A DNA stretch of 64,000 nt from Candidatus Nitrospinota bacterium M3_3B_026 (GTDB lineage: Bacteria > Nitrospinota_A > UBA7883 > JBPRGF01). Below, piece after piece: positions 40,093 to 50,448 of the stretch. Both the position numbers and the translations under genes were made by a program. The stretch spans positions 1-64,000 of the forward strand of contig JBPRGF010000017.1 of the NCBI GenBank assembly GCA_051418015.1. Reading direction: 5' to 3'. The notes beneath the pieces are model-generated. The model worked only from the letters and a program-made list of their open reading frames with translations, had not been told where the DNA came from and made no database searches. Position 1 is the first letter of the stretch. Each line of letters opens with the position of its first letter.

Positions 40093-41617
40093 TCTCTTCG
40101 CTCCGCGTCAGGGTGGCCACGGTCATGTTGTCTTTCGTGAAATATTTTTCCGCCACGCGGATTATGTCCTCCGGCGTCACGGCCTTTATCCTCTCCATCT
40201 CCCGCAAAACCTCCCGCCAGTCGCCCGTGACCTGCTGGTAATAGGTCAGCAGGCGGGCCATGCCGTAGTGGGAAACCAGGCCGCGGATGAAGTCCGCCTC
40301 CATGTTGTTTATCACCTTCTCGAGCTCCTTTTCCGGCACGGGCTCGGTCTTCAGCCTCTCGAGCTCATCCCACACCGCCTCCTCGACGTCCATGGTTGTA
40401 TGCGGCGGCATCGGCTCTCCCGCTATCGTGAAAAGGTTCGGATGCCGGGAGCCGGGAACCGTGAAAGTCCCCACGGATACCGCGACCTTCTTCTTCTCCA
40501 CTATGTTCCTGTAGAACCTGCTGGTGCGCCCCTGGGAGAGAATGGAGTCTATTACGCTGAAGACGTAGTCGTCGGGCTCAGGGAACGTCGGCTTGTGAAA
40601 ACCCATCATGAAGGATGGGTTAGCGTCGAAGACCACCTCAATCCGGCGCTCCCCTCCCTGCGGCGGCTCCTTTGTCGGGCGCCTGACCGGCAACGGCCGG
40701 GCAGGCAGGGGGCCGAAATATTTCTCGATCGTCTTTTTTACGTTCTCGAAGTCAAGATCACCCACGATGGCGATGACGGCGTTGTTCGGGGCGTACCAGG
40801 TGTCCCAGAACCTTTTCACCTCCCCCAGCGGCAAAACCGCGATGTCCGACTCCCACCCGATGATCGGCCATCCGTAGGGGCTGGCTATAAACGCCGCGGA
40901 GAGGAAACGCTCGTAGAGCTTGCCCTGGGGCCTGTTCTCGTAGCTTCGCCGCCGCTCCTCCATGACAACGTCCCGTTCAGCGTAATATTCCCGCATAACG
41001 GCGTCGCGCATCCTGTCGCTTTCTATCCAGGCCCAAAGCTCCAGCTTGTTGGCGGGCAGACGGATTATGTAGGTCGTCAGGTCCTTGCTCGTTCCGGCGT
41101 TGAACCCCACTCCCCCTTCGGCGGTGTATATCTTCGAGTAGCTGTCGGAGATTACATATTTCTTCTGCTCCCTCTGCGCTTCGGCGAGCTTTTCCCGGAG
41201 CTCTTTTATCTCCTCCTCCGGCGCGCCCTCGCGCTTTGCGCTGTCGAGCTTGTCGCCGATCTCCCACACCTTCTCAAGGAGCGGTTTTTCCTTCTCCCAG
41301 TCCTTCGTCCCGATGGTGGTGGTACCCTTGAACAGCATGTGTTCGAGCATGTGCGCCGCCCCGGTGTAGCCGGAGCGCTCCTCCACGGAGCCGACCTTGA
41401 AGGCTATGTGGGCGGCGAAGATAGGCGCGCCGCGCCGCTCGAGGAAAAGGACCCTGAGGCCGTTGTCCAGGGTGAATTCCCGGACGCGTTCCTCCAGGTC
41501 GAACGCGGCGGCGGGCGAGCACAGAATAAGCGCGTAAAGGACGGCCGCCTGAAGATATGATGATATACGAAGCCCGGCCCGCCGGCCGGGGTCAGGTTCT
41601 CCCGATGATTCTTCCAT
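40085..41617 (-). CDS. M16 peptidase, catalytic subunit (start uncertain)
   Basis: AHMLEHMLFKGT (HxxEH), YAPNNA. Confidence 0.9.
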   Translation of the reverse strand: MEESSGEPDPGRRAGLRISSYLQAAVLYALILCSPAAAFDLEERVREFTLDNGLRVLFLERRGAPIFAAHIAFKVGSVEERSGYTGAAHMLEHMLFKGTTTIGTKDWEKEKPLLEKVWEIGDKLDSAKREGAPEEEIKELREKLAEAQREQKKYVISDSYSKIYTAEGGVGFNAGTSKDLTTYIIRLPANKLELWAWIESDRMRDAVMREYYAERDVVMEERRRSYENRPQGKLYERFLSAAFIASPYGWPIIGWESDIAVLPLGEVKRFWDTWYAPNNAVIAIVGDLDFENVKKTIEKYFGPLPARPLPVRRPTKEPPQGGERRIEVVFDANPSFMMGFHKPTFPEPDDYVFSVIDSILSQGRTSRFYRNIVEKKKVAVSVGTFTVPGSRHPNLFTIAGEPMPPHTTMDVEEAVWDELERLKTEPVPEKELEKVINNMEADFIRGLVSHYGMARLLTYYQQVTGDWREVLREMERIKAVTPEDIIRVAEKYFTKDNMTVATLTRSEEND

Positions 41618-41772
41618 CAGGTTTGTGTGTCTTTCTCCTCCACCATTGCCATAGGCTTTTAATGATAAGAGAGCGCGGGGCCGGTGTCAACCTTCGCCGC
41701 GCTCCTTCAGGGCGGCGTGGCGCGGCGTTGATATCCGCCCGGCGCCGTCCTGGATCGGCGCGCGCTGGGCCT

Positions 41773-42513
41773 TCAATCGGTTATATCGACGGCCTTCCCG
41801 ACTGGCAGGTCCGTGAACACGGCGCCGCCCCCGCCGCTGGTGTACGTATAGACCGCGGCTCGGGCCGCGCCCTCCACCATCCCTGAACGCGCCGGGGCGG
41901 CCCTGCCCGCGTGCGCCCTGTAGGCGGCGTAGACCTTATCGATATACCTCATGGTCTCTCTGTAAGGGGGCGTCCCCCCGTATCTTTTGACGGCGGTGGG
42001 GCCGGCGTTATAGGCCGCGAGGGCGAGCCTTAAGTCCCCGCCGAACTCGTCGAGCATCATGCGAAGATACCGCGAGCCGCCGTCGATGTTCAGCGCCGGA
42101 TCGTAGACGTTGTGGACCCCCAGCAGCCGGGCCGTGCCGGGCATAAGCTGCATGAGCCCCCGCGCGCCTTTGCTGGAGATGGAAAACCGGTCGAAGCCGG
42201 ACTCCACTTCGATCACGGCTTTTATAAGCATGGGGTCGAGCCCGTGGCGCCGGGCGGCCTCCGTGATGATCCGGTCATACATCGAGCTTGCCGCCGGGCG
42301 GGAGCGCCCCGGCGTGAGGGCGGCCAGCGGCGCCCCCTTGGGGATGGTATAACTTTTTATTATTTCGTAGCCGGAGTTCGCGGGGGGCGTGTCGGTGAAA
42401 TATACGATCCCGCGGCTGTCGCGGAGCATGTAGATATCCGCCCGCGCCTGGCCGCATAGGATGAGAGCCATCGCCAGCGTAGCGATGACGGCGCGGGGCG
42501 TGAAAGTCGGCAT
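41773..42513 (-). CDS. SLT lytic transglycosylase with DUF4124-like N-terminus
   Basis: VES, GLMQLMP, AYNAG. Confidence 0.92.
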   Translation of the reverse strand: MPTFTPRAVIATLAMALILCGQARADIYMLRDSRGIVYFTDTPPANSGYEIIKSYTIPKGAPLAALTPGRSRPAASSMYDRIITEAARRHGLDPMLIKAVIEVESGFDRFSISSKGARGLMQLMPGTARLLGVHNVYDPALNIDGGSRYLRMMLDEFGGDLRLALAAYNAGPTAVKRYGGTPPYRETMRYIDKVYAAYRAHAGRAAPARSGMVEGAARAAVYTYTSGGGGAVFTDLPVGKAVDITD

Positions 42514-42618
42514 CGCGAAAAACTCCGCAAAAAAAGACCACCTGAAGAATTTTAACCGCGATTCGTATGATAAGTCAACGGGATAGAGGAATGACGCTGC
42601 GCGCCGAGGCGTACTGGA

Positions 42619-43767
42619 CTATAGCTCCCCCAAAAGCTTTTCGATATCCTCGAAGGTGTTGAAAAAATGGGGGGAGACTCTTATCCCGTCGCCTCTCTCG
42701 ATGACCAGTATCTTCGATTCGGCGAACTTTTTTAAGATCTCCCCGTTTCGCTCGGGGTCGGGGGCGGAGAAGATGAGTATCCCGGAGCGCTCCTCGGCGC
42801 CCATGGGAGACAATACTTTGTATCCTTTGGACTTAAGTCCATCCACAAGCTTTTCGTTAAGGGCCAGGACATGCGAAAAATTGTGCTCCACGCCCATGGA
42901 CATCACAAGCCTGAGCGACTCGGCCAGGCCGTAAATCCCGACAAGGTTCGGCGTCCCCTCCTCGAACCGCTCCGCGCCGGGCCGGATCGTAAAGTCTATC
43001 TTCCCGAAGTTATGGCAGTCCGCGACCGTGTTCCACCCGACCCTGGTCAGGCGCAAAAGGCCCATCTCCTTGCGGTCGATGAAAAAAATCCCGATCCCCT
43101 CCGGCGCGCAGAGCCACTTGTGCCCCCCGCAGGCCAGGAAGTCGATGTTCAGCCCCTTGACGTCCATCGGGATCAGGCCCAGAGACTGTATGGCGTCGAC
43201 GAAAAGGAAAAAACCCTCCTCCCGCGCCATTTGCCCAAGCGCCGCAAGGTCCGTCCTCTGCCCCGTGGAAAATTGAACCGAGGAGATGGCGACGATCCTC
43301 GTCCTGGGCGTGAGGGCGGCCCTGATGGCGTCCAGCGTCACGCGCCCGTTCTCGCTTTTGACGACCCTGACAATCACCCCAAGGCGCTCGAGGTTCAGCC
43401 ATGGGTAGACGTTGGAGGGGAACTCGAGGTCGTTGATTATCACCTCGTCCCCCTCCCTCCACGGATACCCAGAGGCCACCAGCGACACGCCGTCAGACGT
43501 GTTCCGTATGAAGGCGACCTCATCCTCCCCCGCGCCGGTGATCTTCGCCGCCAGCGCTCGTGTCTCGGCGGCCTTCTTCTTCCACTCCTCCATGCCAAGG
43601 TAGCCCCGCTCCGACTGCCCGGCCAGCAGCGCCGACATCGCGTCCCTGGATGGGGCGGGAAGCGGGGCCATTGAGGCCGAGTTCAGGAAGGTGTAACCGG
43701 CCAGCATGGGAAAATTCGAGCGTATTTTCGCGGACTCTTCGGCAGTGAATACAGGATCGTCGATCAT
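42619..43767 (-). CDS. Class V PLP-dependent aminotransferase (cysteine desulfurase-like fold)
   Basis: FLNSAS, VDAIQSLG, GHKWLCAPEG, RVSPH. Confidence 0.88.
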   Translation of the reverse strand: MIDDPVFTAEESAKIRSNFPMLAGYTFLNSASMAPLPAPSRDAMSALLAGQSERGYLGMEEWKKKAAETRALAAKITGAGEDEVAFIRNTSDGVSLVASGYPWREGDEVIINDLEFPSNVYPWLNLERLGVIVRVVKSENGRVTLDAIRAALTPRTRIVAISSVQFSTGQRTDLAALGQMAREEGFFLFVDAIQSLGLIPMDVKGLNIDFLACGGHKWLCAPEGIGIFFIDRKEMGLLRLTRVGWNTVADCHNFGKIDFTIRPGAERFEEGTPNLVGIYGLAESLRLVMSMGVEHNFSHVLALNEKLVDGLKSKGYKVLSPMGAEERSGILIFSAPDPERNGEILKKFAESKILVIERGDGIRVSPHFFNTFEDIEKLLGEL

Positions 43768-43830
43768 GGGTTCAAGGGTAACCGGTTGAACATCCTTGCG
43801 CAAGCCCGCCCGCTCCCGCGACGGCCTTGC

Positions 43831-43902
43831 TGGCGCCCTGAACTTGTTTCAGGGTCTCGCCCCTTTGGTGATTCGAGATGCTGAAATAAATTCAGCATGA
43901 CA
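43831..43902. repeat. 72-bp REP-like double-hairpin element
   Basis: CCCTGAA-CTTGT-TTCAGGG and ATGCTGAA-ATAAA-TTCAGCAT hairpins in inverted arrangement. Confidence 0.75.
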
Positions 43903-43908
43903 AAAATA

Positions 43909-44054
43909 TCCCCTCCCCCGGCGGGAGGGTTTTTGTGGATGGCTCCGGAGTTTGCTTTTTTCTCCCCCTTTACAAGGGGGAGTCCGCCGCCAGGCGGGAG
44001 GGGGTATTACTCATATCACCCCCACCTCGATCCTCCCCTTTCAAGGGGGAGGAT
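43909..44054. repeat. Cluster of C/G-rich palindromes (REP/MITE-like)
   Basis: CTCCCCCTT-TAC-AAGGGGGAG (43962-43982); ATCCTCCCCTT-TCA-AGGGGGAGGAT (44030-44054). Confidence 0.6.
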
Positions 44055-44196
44055 GTTTTTGTCAATGACCATGTTTCACTGTCCCTGGCTCGTGTTTCAC
44101 CCACCTCATCCGGGAATCGGGGTGTGGAAAAGCGGTTTACAGGCCTCCAGTGTATGGTTTAGTATAATCCAGTTAAGGTGATTTTGGTGTTTAAAA

Positions 44197-45042
44197 ATGA
44201 ATGATTTGAAATTCGCCGACCTGCATACGCATACGACCTGCTCCGACGGGACGGACACGCCCGCTGAGCTTGTCCGCAGGGCGGCCGAAATGGGCTACGC
44301 GGCGGTGGCGATCACCGATCATGACACCTGCTCCGGGCTGCCCGAGGGCGAGGAGGCCGCGGCGGCGCTTGGCGTGGAGCTCATCCCGGGCATAGAGGTG
44401 TCCACGTACATAGGTGAAAAAAGCGTCCACATACTCGGCTACATGATGGACGTGGAGGCGGAGAGCTTCAAGGAGATACTGGAGCTGAACGCCGGCGGCC
44501 GCATGGAGAGGATGCGGCGCATGGTGGACAAGCTCAACGGCCTCGGATACAGGGTGGAGCTTGACGATCTGCTCGAATACATAGGCGGCGGTACGGTGGG
44601 CAGGGCGCTGCTCGCGAAATACCTTGTCCACAGGGGCCATTTCGGCAGCGTGGAGGAGGTTTTCGCCAAAATCCTGGGCGACGGCAAGCCGGTCTACGAG
44701 CCGGTGCCCAAGCTCTCGCCGGAGAAGGCTATACGGCTCATCGCCCAATCCGGCGGTGTATCCTCCCTGGCCCACCCGGGGCATACCATGGTGGACGACG
44801 AGATACCAGCCATGGCGCGGGCGGGCCTGGACGGAATAGAGACGTTCAGCCCCCAGCACGACGCCCGCCAGGAAAGGCGCTACGTTGAGCTGGCCCGCCG
44901 TCACGGCCTGTTAGTCACCGGCGGGTCGGACAGCCACGGCGGCGGCGACGGCTGGCGGGACCTCGGATCCGTGAAGCTGCCTTATGAAAACGTTGAGCGC
45001 CTGAAGGAGCGGGCGGCCCGCGCGGCCGCCCTGAACGGATAA
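44197..45042 (+). CDS. PHP-domain metal-dependent phosphoesterase (TrpH/YciV-like)
   Basis: DLHTHTTCSDG, ITDHD, LAHP, GGSDSH. Confidence 0.92.
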   Translation: MNDLKFADLHTHTTCSDGTDTPAELVRRAAEMGYAAVAITDHDTCSGLPEGEEAAAALGVELIPGIEVSTYIGEKSVHILGYMMDVEAESFKEILELNAGGRMERMRRMVDKLNGLGYRVELDDLLEYIGGGTVGRALLAKYLVHRGHFGSVEEVFAKILGDGKPVYEPVPKLSPEKAIRLIAQSGGVSSLAHPGHTMVDDEIPAMARAGLDGIETFSPQHDARQERRYVELARRHGLLVTGGSDSHGGGDGWRDLGSVKLPYENVERLKERAARAAALNG

Positions 45043-45058
45043 AGGAGGGTGAACTGAA

Positions 45059-45337
45059 ATGAGATTGCGCAGGGAGATGATAGACTACCTGGCTGACCGC
45101 ATAGTCAAGGGCCTTGCTGAAAAAGAACACGTGGAGACCGACGACGACGACGCCGTGGCTTCGAACGTCGCCGAGATCATCGTCGAGGACCTTTCGGTGG
45201 AGGACGACCTCAACGTCGAGGTCAAGGCGATGCTGGAGAAGATGGAGGACGAGATCGACAGGTCCAACATCAACTATCGCAAGATGTTCCAGATGGTGAA
45301 GCAGAAACTGGCCAGGGAACGGGGCCTGATACTTTAA
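45059..45337 (+). CDS. DUF507 family protein
   Basis: MRLRRE...YRKMFQMVKQKLARERG. Confidence 0.8.
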   Translation: MRLRREMIDYLADRIVKGLAEKEHVETDDDDAVASNVAEIIVEDLSVEDDLNVEVKAMLEKMEDEIDRSNINYRKMFQMVKQKLARERGLIL

Positions 45338-45357
45338 TGGAAAGCGAGGGATTTTAA

Positions 45358-45645
45358 GTGAAACTCAGCAGGGAGAAGATAAACCATCTCTCCAAGCTCA
45401 TACTGGACGGCCTTCTCAAGGACGACAGGGTGGAGTTCTTCTGCGACGAGAACGACCTCAGGCTGGAGATAGTAAACATCCTGAGGGAAGAGCTCGAGAT
45501 CGAGGACGAGATAGACGACGCCGTACGGCGGACCATCGAGTCCTATTCCAAGGACATCCGCGAGGGCACGGACGAGTGGGAGATCCTCTACCACAAGCAC
45601 TACAACGAGGAGACCAAGAAGCGTCGGGGAGTATCCCTGGGCTGA
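45358..45645 (+). CDS. DUF507 family protein (second paralog)
   Basis: MKLSREKINHLS...EGTDEWEILY. Confidence 0.78.
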   Translation: MKLSREKINHLSKLILDGLLKDDRVEFFCDENDLRLEIVNILREELEIEDEIDDAVRRTIESYSKDIREGTDEWEILYHKHYNEETKKRRGVSLG

Positions 45646-45707
45646 CGGCCCCTCCGGGCCGGCCGCGCGGCCGCGCTCCCCGTCCGCCGAGCGGGCGGTA
45701 AGCGTTT

Positions 45708-46334
45708 CTACCAGCCGAAATACCCCTTCAGGCCGGAGAGGGTGAACTCCGCCCCCATCGCTATCAGGACCAGTCCCATCAGGCGGATCAGTATTCTCAC
45801 GCCCAGCTCCCCCAGCCAGTCCGCTATGATCCCGCTCTTTTTCAGGATCAGCCATGTCAGGCATAAAACGAGCCCCAGCGAACCGAAAAGAGCCGCCCAG
45901 TCCAGAAAACCCTCCGCCCTCCCGGCGAAGACCATTACGGCGGTGATCGCCGCCGGTCCGGCCAGCATGGGCACGGCCAGGGGAATTATGGCCACGTCAT
46001 CCCGCAGCTCCGCCTCGCTCATCTCGCTTTCAGAGCTTTTGTAGGTAACGGACTCCCCCGCCAACATCCTGAACGCCACCTGCGCCAGGATAAGCCCCCC
46101 CGCCACCTGCAGCGCCTGGACGGTTATCCCGAACAGGGTGAATATGGTCCCCCCAAAAAGCATGAAGACGACAAGAGTCCCCCCGGCGGCCCTGACAGCC
46201 CGCGACGCCTCGTCCGTCCGCCGCTCATCCGTCGCTCGCGGCGACAGGGCAATGAGCGTCACCGCCGCGCCGAAAGGATCCAGGATGGAAAAGAGAGTGA
46301 CGAAACTGTTCAAAAACAAAGCCAGCGATTCCAT
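45708..46334 (-). CDS. MarC family membrane protein
   Basis: DPFG, IPLAVPMLAGPAAI, RLMG. Confidence 0.9.
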   Translation of the reverse strand: MESLALFLNSFVTLFSILDPFGAAVTLIALSPRATDERRTDEASRAVRAAGGTLVVFMLFGGTIFTLFGITVQALQVAGGLILAQVAFRMLAGESVTYKSSESEMSEAELRDDVAIIPLAVPMLAGPAAITAVMVFAGRAEGFLDWAALFGSLGLVLCLTWLILKKSGIIADWLGELGVRILIRLMGLVLIAMGAEFTLSGLKGYFGW

Positions 46335-46410
46335 GACGGCCCGCCCTCAAACCCGGTTTTCTGTTATCCTATCATTTCATTGTCAGGCGCTTACAGTAAG
46401 CGAGCAAGTC

Positions 46411-47142
46411 ATGGCGAAGCTTTGCGTGAACGTGGACCACGTGGCCACCGTCCGGCAGGCCAGGATGGCCGGTTATCCCGACCCCATCGAGGCCGCCCTG
46501 GAGGCCGAAAAAGCCGGATCGCGCGGGATCACCGTTCACCTGCGCGAAGACAGGCGGCACATCCAGGACAGGGACGTCTTCAGGATAAAAAAAGCGATAT
46601 CGACCAAGCTGAACCTGGAGATGGCCGCCGCGCCGGAGATCATAGAAATCGCCCTCAAGGTCAAACCGTGGCAGGTGACCTTCGTGCCGGAGCGCAGGCA
46701 GGAGATCACCACCGAGGGGGGGCTCGACGTCACGCGCCGCCAAAGAATGCTGAAAGAAACGATAGACAGGTTCAGAGATAAAAAGATACTCGTCTCCCTT
46801 TTCATCGACCCCGACCAGGAGATGGTCCGCGCCGCCGCGGACCTCGGCGCGGACGCCATAGAGATAAACACCGGCCAGTACTCCGAGGCGAGGGCGAAGA
46901 GAAGCCGCGCCGCCGAGCTGAAAAAGATAGAAAAAGCCGCAAAGCTTTCCGCCGGGCTGGTCGGCGCCACCCACGCAGGGCACGGGCTAAACCTGGACAA
47001 CGTCGGCCCCATCGCGGCCATCCCCACGATCGAGGAGCTCAACATAGGCCACAGCATCGTGGCGCGGGCGGTCATGGTGGGCATCCGCGGCGCGGTAAAA
47101 GAGATGATAAAGACCATGGCGGCGGCGAAAGCCGGGACATAA
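46411..47142 (+). CDS. pdxJ: Pyridoxine 5'-phosphate synthase
   Basis: VNVDHVATVRQAR, HLREDRRHI, HAGHGL, NIGH. Confidence 0.96.
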   Translation: MAKLCVNVDHVATVRQARMAGYPDPIEAALEAEKAGSRGITVHLREDRRHIQDRDVFRIKKAISTKLNLEMAAAPEIIEIALKVKPWQVTFVPERRQEITTEGGLDVTRRQRMLKETIDRFRDKKILVSLFIDPDQEMVRAAADLGADAIEINTGQYSEARAKRSRAAELKKIEKAAKLSAGLVGATHAGHGLNLDNVGPIAAIPTIEELNIGHSIVARAVMVGIRGAVKEMIKTMAAAKAGT

Positions 47143-47175
47143 AATATTGGAAGTCATTGATAAACGGAAGGCGGT

Positions 47176-48165
47176 ATGGACAGGGAAAAAGTAGAGACGC
47201 TATTGAAGGCAAGCCAGTCGGGCGACCCCAACGTCCGCAAGGCCGCGGCGATAGCCCTGGGAGACGCCGACGACTCCCACGCCAGAGCGGCCCTTGCGAA
47301 GATGCTGAAGGACAAGGTCTGGCAGGTGCGGGAGGCGGCCATCTATTCCATCGGCAGGCTCCGGGTGACCGAGGCCGCCCCTTACATGCTCGGCATCCTC
47401 GGCGTCGAGGACGAAGGCGCCGCCCGGGCCGCCATCCTGAAATGGGCCACGGCCAAAGGTGACCAGCAGGAGGCCGGCGCGGCGAAGTCGAGCCCTTTCG
47501 GCGCCGGGGCCGGGGAGAAGAAAAAACCCGCCGAGACGCCTTGGCAGCTTAAGAAAGCAGCCGCCCTCACCTTGAGCAGGCTGAGGCCGGATATAGTCGT
47601 GGAGCCGCTGATCGCGGCCCTCGGGGCGGAGAACCCGGCTTCGAAAATGGCCGCCCTGGCCGGGCTGGGAGGCGTCCAGGCCGAGCAGGCCGTGGAGCAG
47701 GTGGCCGAGGCGCTTTCCGACAACGACTGGAACGTAAGGAAAGTCGCCGCCACCACTCTTGGCAGGCTGAGGGCGCGGGAGGCCGTCCCGCGCCTCGTGG
47801 AGGCCCTCGGCGACAGCAAAACGGCGGTGCGGGTGGAGGCTGTCATAGCCCTGAACCATATCAAGCCCGAGGAGGCGCTCTCCGTCCTCTCCAACACGCT
47901 TTTGACGGACAACAACTACGAGGTGAGGAAAACAGCCGCCACGGCCCTCGGCAACCTCCGGGACGAGGCCGCGGCGGAGACCTTGTACAAGACCCTGGAG
48001 GACGAGAACTGGATGGTCAGAAAGGCCGCTCTCGACGCCCTGACGAACCTGAAGGTCACGGGGGCCATGGACACCATGATCGGTTATCTCAACAACGAGC
48101 AGGAGGATGTAAGAGCCGCCGCCGCGACGGGGATAATCAGGCTGGACGCGATCAGGGGCCAGTAG
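47176..48165 (+). CDS. HEAT/PBS-lyase repeat protein
   Basis: Repeated VRxAAAxALG units. Confidence 0.88.
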   Translation: MDREKVETLLKASQSGDPNVRKAAAIALGDADDSHARAALAKMLKDKVWQVREAAIYSIGRLRVTEAAPYMLGILGVEDEGAARAAILKWATAKGDQQEAGAAKSSPFGAGAGEKKKPAETPWQLKKAAALTLSRLRPDIVVEPLIAALGAENPASKMAALAGLGGVQAEQAVEQVAEALSDNDWNVRKVAATTLGRLRAREAVPRLVEALGDSKTAVRVEAVIALNHIKPEEALSVLSNTLLTDNNYEVRKTAATALGNLRDEAAAETLYKTLEDENWMVRKAALDALTNLKVTGAMDTMIGYLNNEQEDVRAAAATGIIRLDAIRGQ

Positions 48166-48242
48166 CGCTGGCGAAAAGGAAAATAAAAGCTAAACAACAC
48201 GTTGCGCCCGGCCGTAAGTAGAAAGAGCGGTGGAAACCTTTG

Positions 48243-48267
48243 CCGGCGGCCCGAACGCCGGGTTTTT
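48243..48267 (+). terminator. Putative intrinsic terminator
   Basis: CCGGCG-loop-CGCCGG followed by a T-run. Confidence 0.45.
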
Positions 48268-48347
48268 CTCCCTTTCATGTTATATTATGAGACAAAAGCC
48301 AGTTTTATCGGAAATCGCGGGTTCGAGCCCGCCTTCGGCGTTGTTCC

Positions 48348-49538
48348 ATGAGCGCTTTTGATCCTGGGCAGATGGTCGTCCTGATAGTGGACGACTCTTT
48401 CAACATGCGCCGCTCGATGAAGAACATGCTGCGCCACATAGGCTTCAAAAAGTTCATCGGCGCGGCCGACGGCGACGCGGCGTGGAAAATACTGGGCGAC
48501 AGGAAGGTCGACTTCATAATCTGCGACTGGAACATGCCGCGCCTTCCAGGGCTGGAGCTTCTCCGGCTCGTCCGCGACAACCCTTCGCTGCGGGAGATCC
48601 CGTTCCTGATGATGACCGCCGAGGTGTCCGAGTCCCGGATAGTCCAGGCCGCCGAGACGGAGGTGGACGGCTACATCATAAAACCCTTTGTGGCCAGGAC
48701 ACTGGAAGAGAAGATCAAGAGGGTGCTGAAACAGAAGGAGACCCCCTCCCTGTTCGAACTCCACATGAAGGAGGGACAGAGGCTCCTGGAGGACTCGGAT
48801 TTCGACGGAGCGGAGCGGGAGTTCACCGAGGCGCTGCGCCTCAGGCCGGATTCCGCGCGGGCGCGGCAGGCCTTGGGGGAGGTTTTCACCAGGAAAGGCG
48901 ACCTCCGGGAGGCCGAGAGATGGCTCCACGAGGCGGCGCGGGCGAACCCGCAGTACATCCGCGTGTACGAGAGCCTCGGCGGCCTTTATGAGAAGATGGG
49001 GCGGGCCGACAGCGCCCTCGAGTTCCTGGAGAAGGCGTGCCAGATAAGCCCCCACAACGCCGACAGGCAAAAAAGGCTCGGGCGGTTGTACCTGGAAGCC
49101 GACGAGACGGAGAAAGCCGATCACGCCTTCCAGATGGCGTTGCAAAGCGACAGGGCCAACGCCGACCTGCACACCGAGATCGGTGAGATATACCTGACCA
49201 CGGGGGACAACACCAAGGCCGCCGCGGCCTTCAAAAGCTCCCTTAACATACTGGAGGATATCCACGTCTATAACAGGCTGGGGATCGCCCTCAGGAAAAA
49301 GGGGCGCTTCGCCGAGGCGATAAGGGAATACAACAAGGCCCTGAAGATCGCCCCCGACGACGAGGCGCTCTATTACAACATAGGGAGGGCGCACCTTGAA
49401 AGCGGCGAAGTCGACAACGCCGTCAAATCGCTCACACATGCCTTAAAGCTCGATCCGGATTTCGCCGAATGCAAGGAGCTTCTCGACAGAGTGCGACGCA
49501 TGGAGAAGCAGCGGGCCGGAGGGCAGGTTGAACGATGA
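48348..49538 (+). CDS. CheY-like receiver + TPR protein
   Basis: VDD, CDWNMP, MMTA, KPF; about 7 TPR units. Confidence 0.9.
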   Translation: MSAFDPGQMVVLIVDDSFNMRRSMKNMLRHIGFKKFIGAADGDAAWKILGDRKVDFIICDWNMPRLPGLELLRLVRDNPSLREIPFLMMTAEVSESRIVQAAETEVDGYIIKPFVARTLEEKIKRVLKQKETPSLFELHMKEGQRLLEDSDFDGAEREFTEALRLRPDSARARQALGEVFTRKGDLREAERWLHEAARANPQYIRVYESLGGLYEKMGRADSALEFLEKACQISPHNADRQKRLGRLYLEADETEKADHAFQMALQSDRANADLHTEIGEIYLTTGDNTKAAAAFKSSLNILEDIHVYNRLGIALRKKGRFAEAIREYNKALKIAPDDEALYYNIGRAHLESGEVDNAVKSLTHALKLDPDFAECKELLDRVRRMEKQRAGGQVER

Positions 49539-50200
49539 ACAAGAAACGAAGAACCGAGCTTGACATCGACCCGTCGATAATCGCCGAAAAACCTCCTCCC
49601 GAAAAAACCGGCGAACAACACCCCCCTCCCCCTTCCGCGCCGCCAGAGGCCGAAAAGCCCCGGGAAACCCCCGAGGAGCCAAAGCCCGGGAAACGGAGAA
49701 TAAATTACCTGAAACTTTCGCTCCTTGCCCTGACGAGCGCCGCACTGCTTGGTGTGGCCGCGGCGATTGGATTCGCCCTGATAAGCGTGATTCAGTCGCT
49801 GCCCGAAAAGACCGCCGAGGAAGAGCCCGAAAAGACCCCGCCCGCCCCCCTCGTCCCGCAGGAGCCGGAACCCGCGGAAAAAGCGGTAGAAATCCCCGAC
49901 CCGCCTCTGTATGAGTTCGAGCCGTTCTTTGTTTCCCTGGGGCGGGAAGACGACATCTCGCTGATCCGCGTCGGCTTCGCCGCGAAAATGAGCGGGAAGG
50001 ACGTCGAGGCGGAGATAGAGCGAAACCTGACCCTGGTAAGGGAGAACATATATTTCGTCCTCGGTGAAAAGGGGCTGGATGATTTCAGGAAACAGGAAAA
50101 TCGGGAAAAGACGGCCGTCGAGGTTGCAATAGCCATCAACAGGTCGATACAGTCCGGCGCCGTCGAAAAGGTCCTGGTCACAAGCCTTACGATACGATGA
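49535..50200 (+). CDS. FliL-like flagellar basal-body-associated protein
   Basis: Single TM, EPFFVSL, VRENIY, INRSIQSGAVEKV. Confidence 0.7.
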   Translation: MNKKRRTELDIDPSIIAEKPPPEKTGEQHPPPPSAPPEAEKPRETPEEPKPGKRRINYLKLSLLALTSAALLGVAAAIGFALISVIQSLPEKTAEEEPEKTPPAPLVPQEPEPAEKAVEIPDPPLYEFEPFFVSLGREDDISLIRVGFAAKMSGKDVEAEIERNLTLVRENIYFVLGEKGLDDFRKQENREKTAVEVAIAINRSIQSGAVEKVLVTSLTIR

Positions 50201-50448
50201 CCTTTCGCCTTCGCGGGCCGATGCTCCCGCCGCCGAAATCGTTTCTGACAGATTTCATTACGCCCGTGATCCGCGCTCGGTCAATTGGGCGCTGTTTTTA
50301 AAATCCGGCGGCCTATTCATGGTTGCCCAACGACGGTCAACCTGTTATTATTTTTAAAAAGAGGGGGTTAGAGGGGGTCATGCCCGGAGCTTGGTCCGGA
50401 GCGTCGGTTGTTTGTCCGAAGGTCTTGACGAGCCTGTGAGGATGGTAG

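Noticed and set aside
48317..48339. GCGGG-TTCGAG-CCCGC-CTTCGGC resembles a tRNA-Leu T-arm and acceptor 3' strand
   Set aside because: T-loop is one base short, there is no CCA and no convincing 5' part; may be a chance hairpin in a leader
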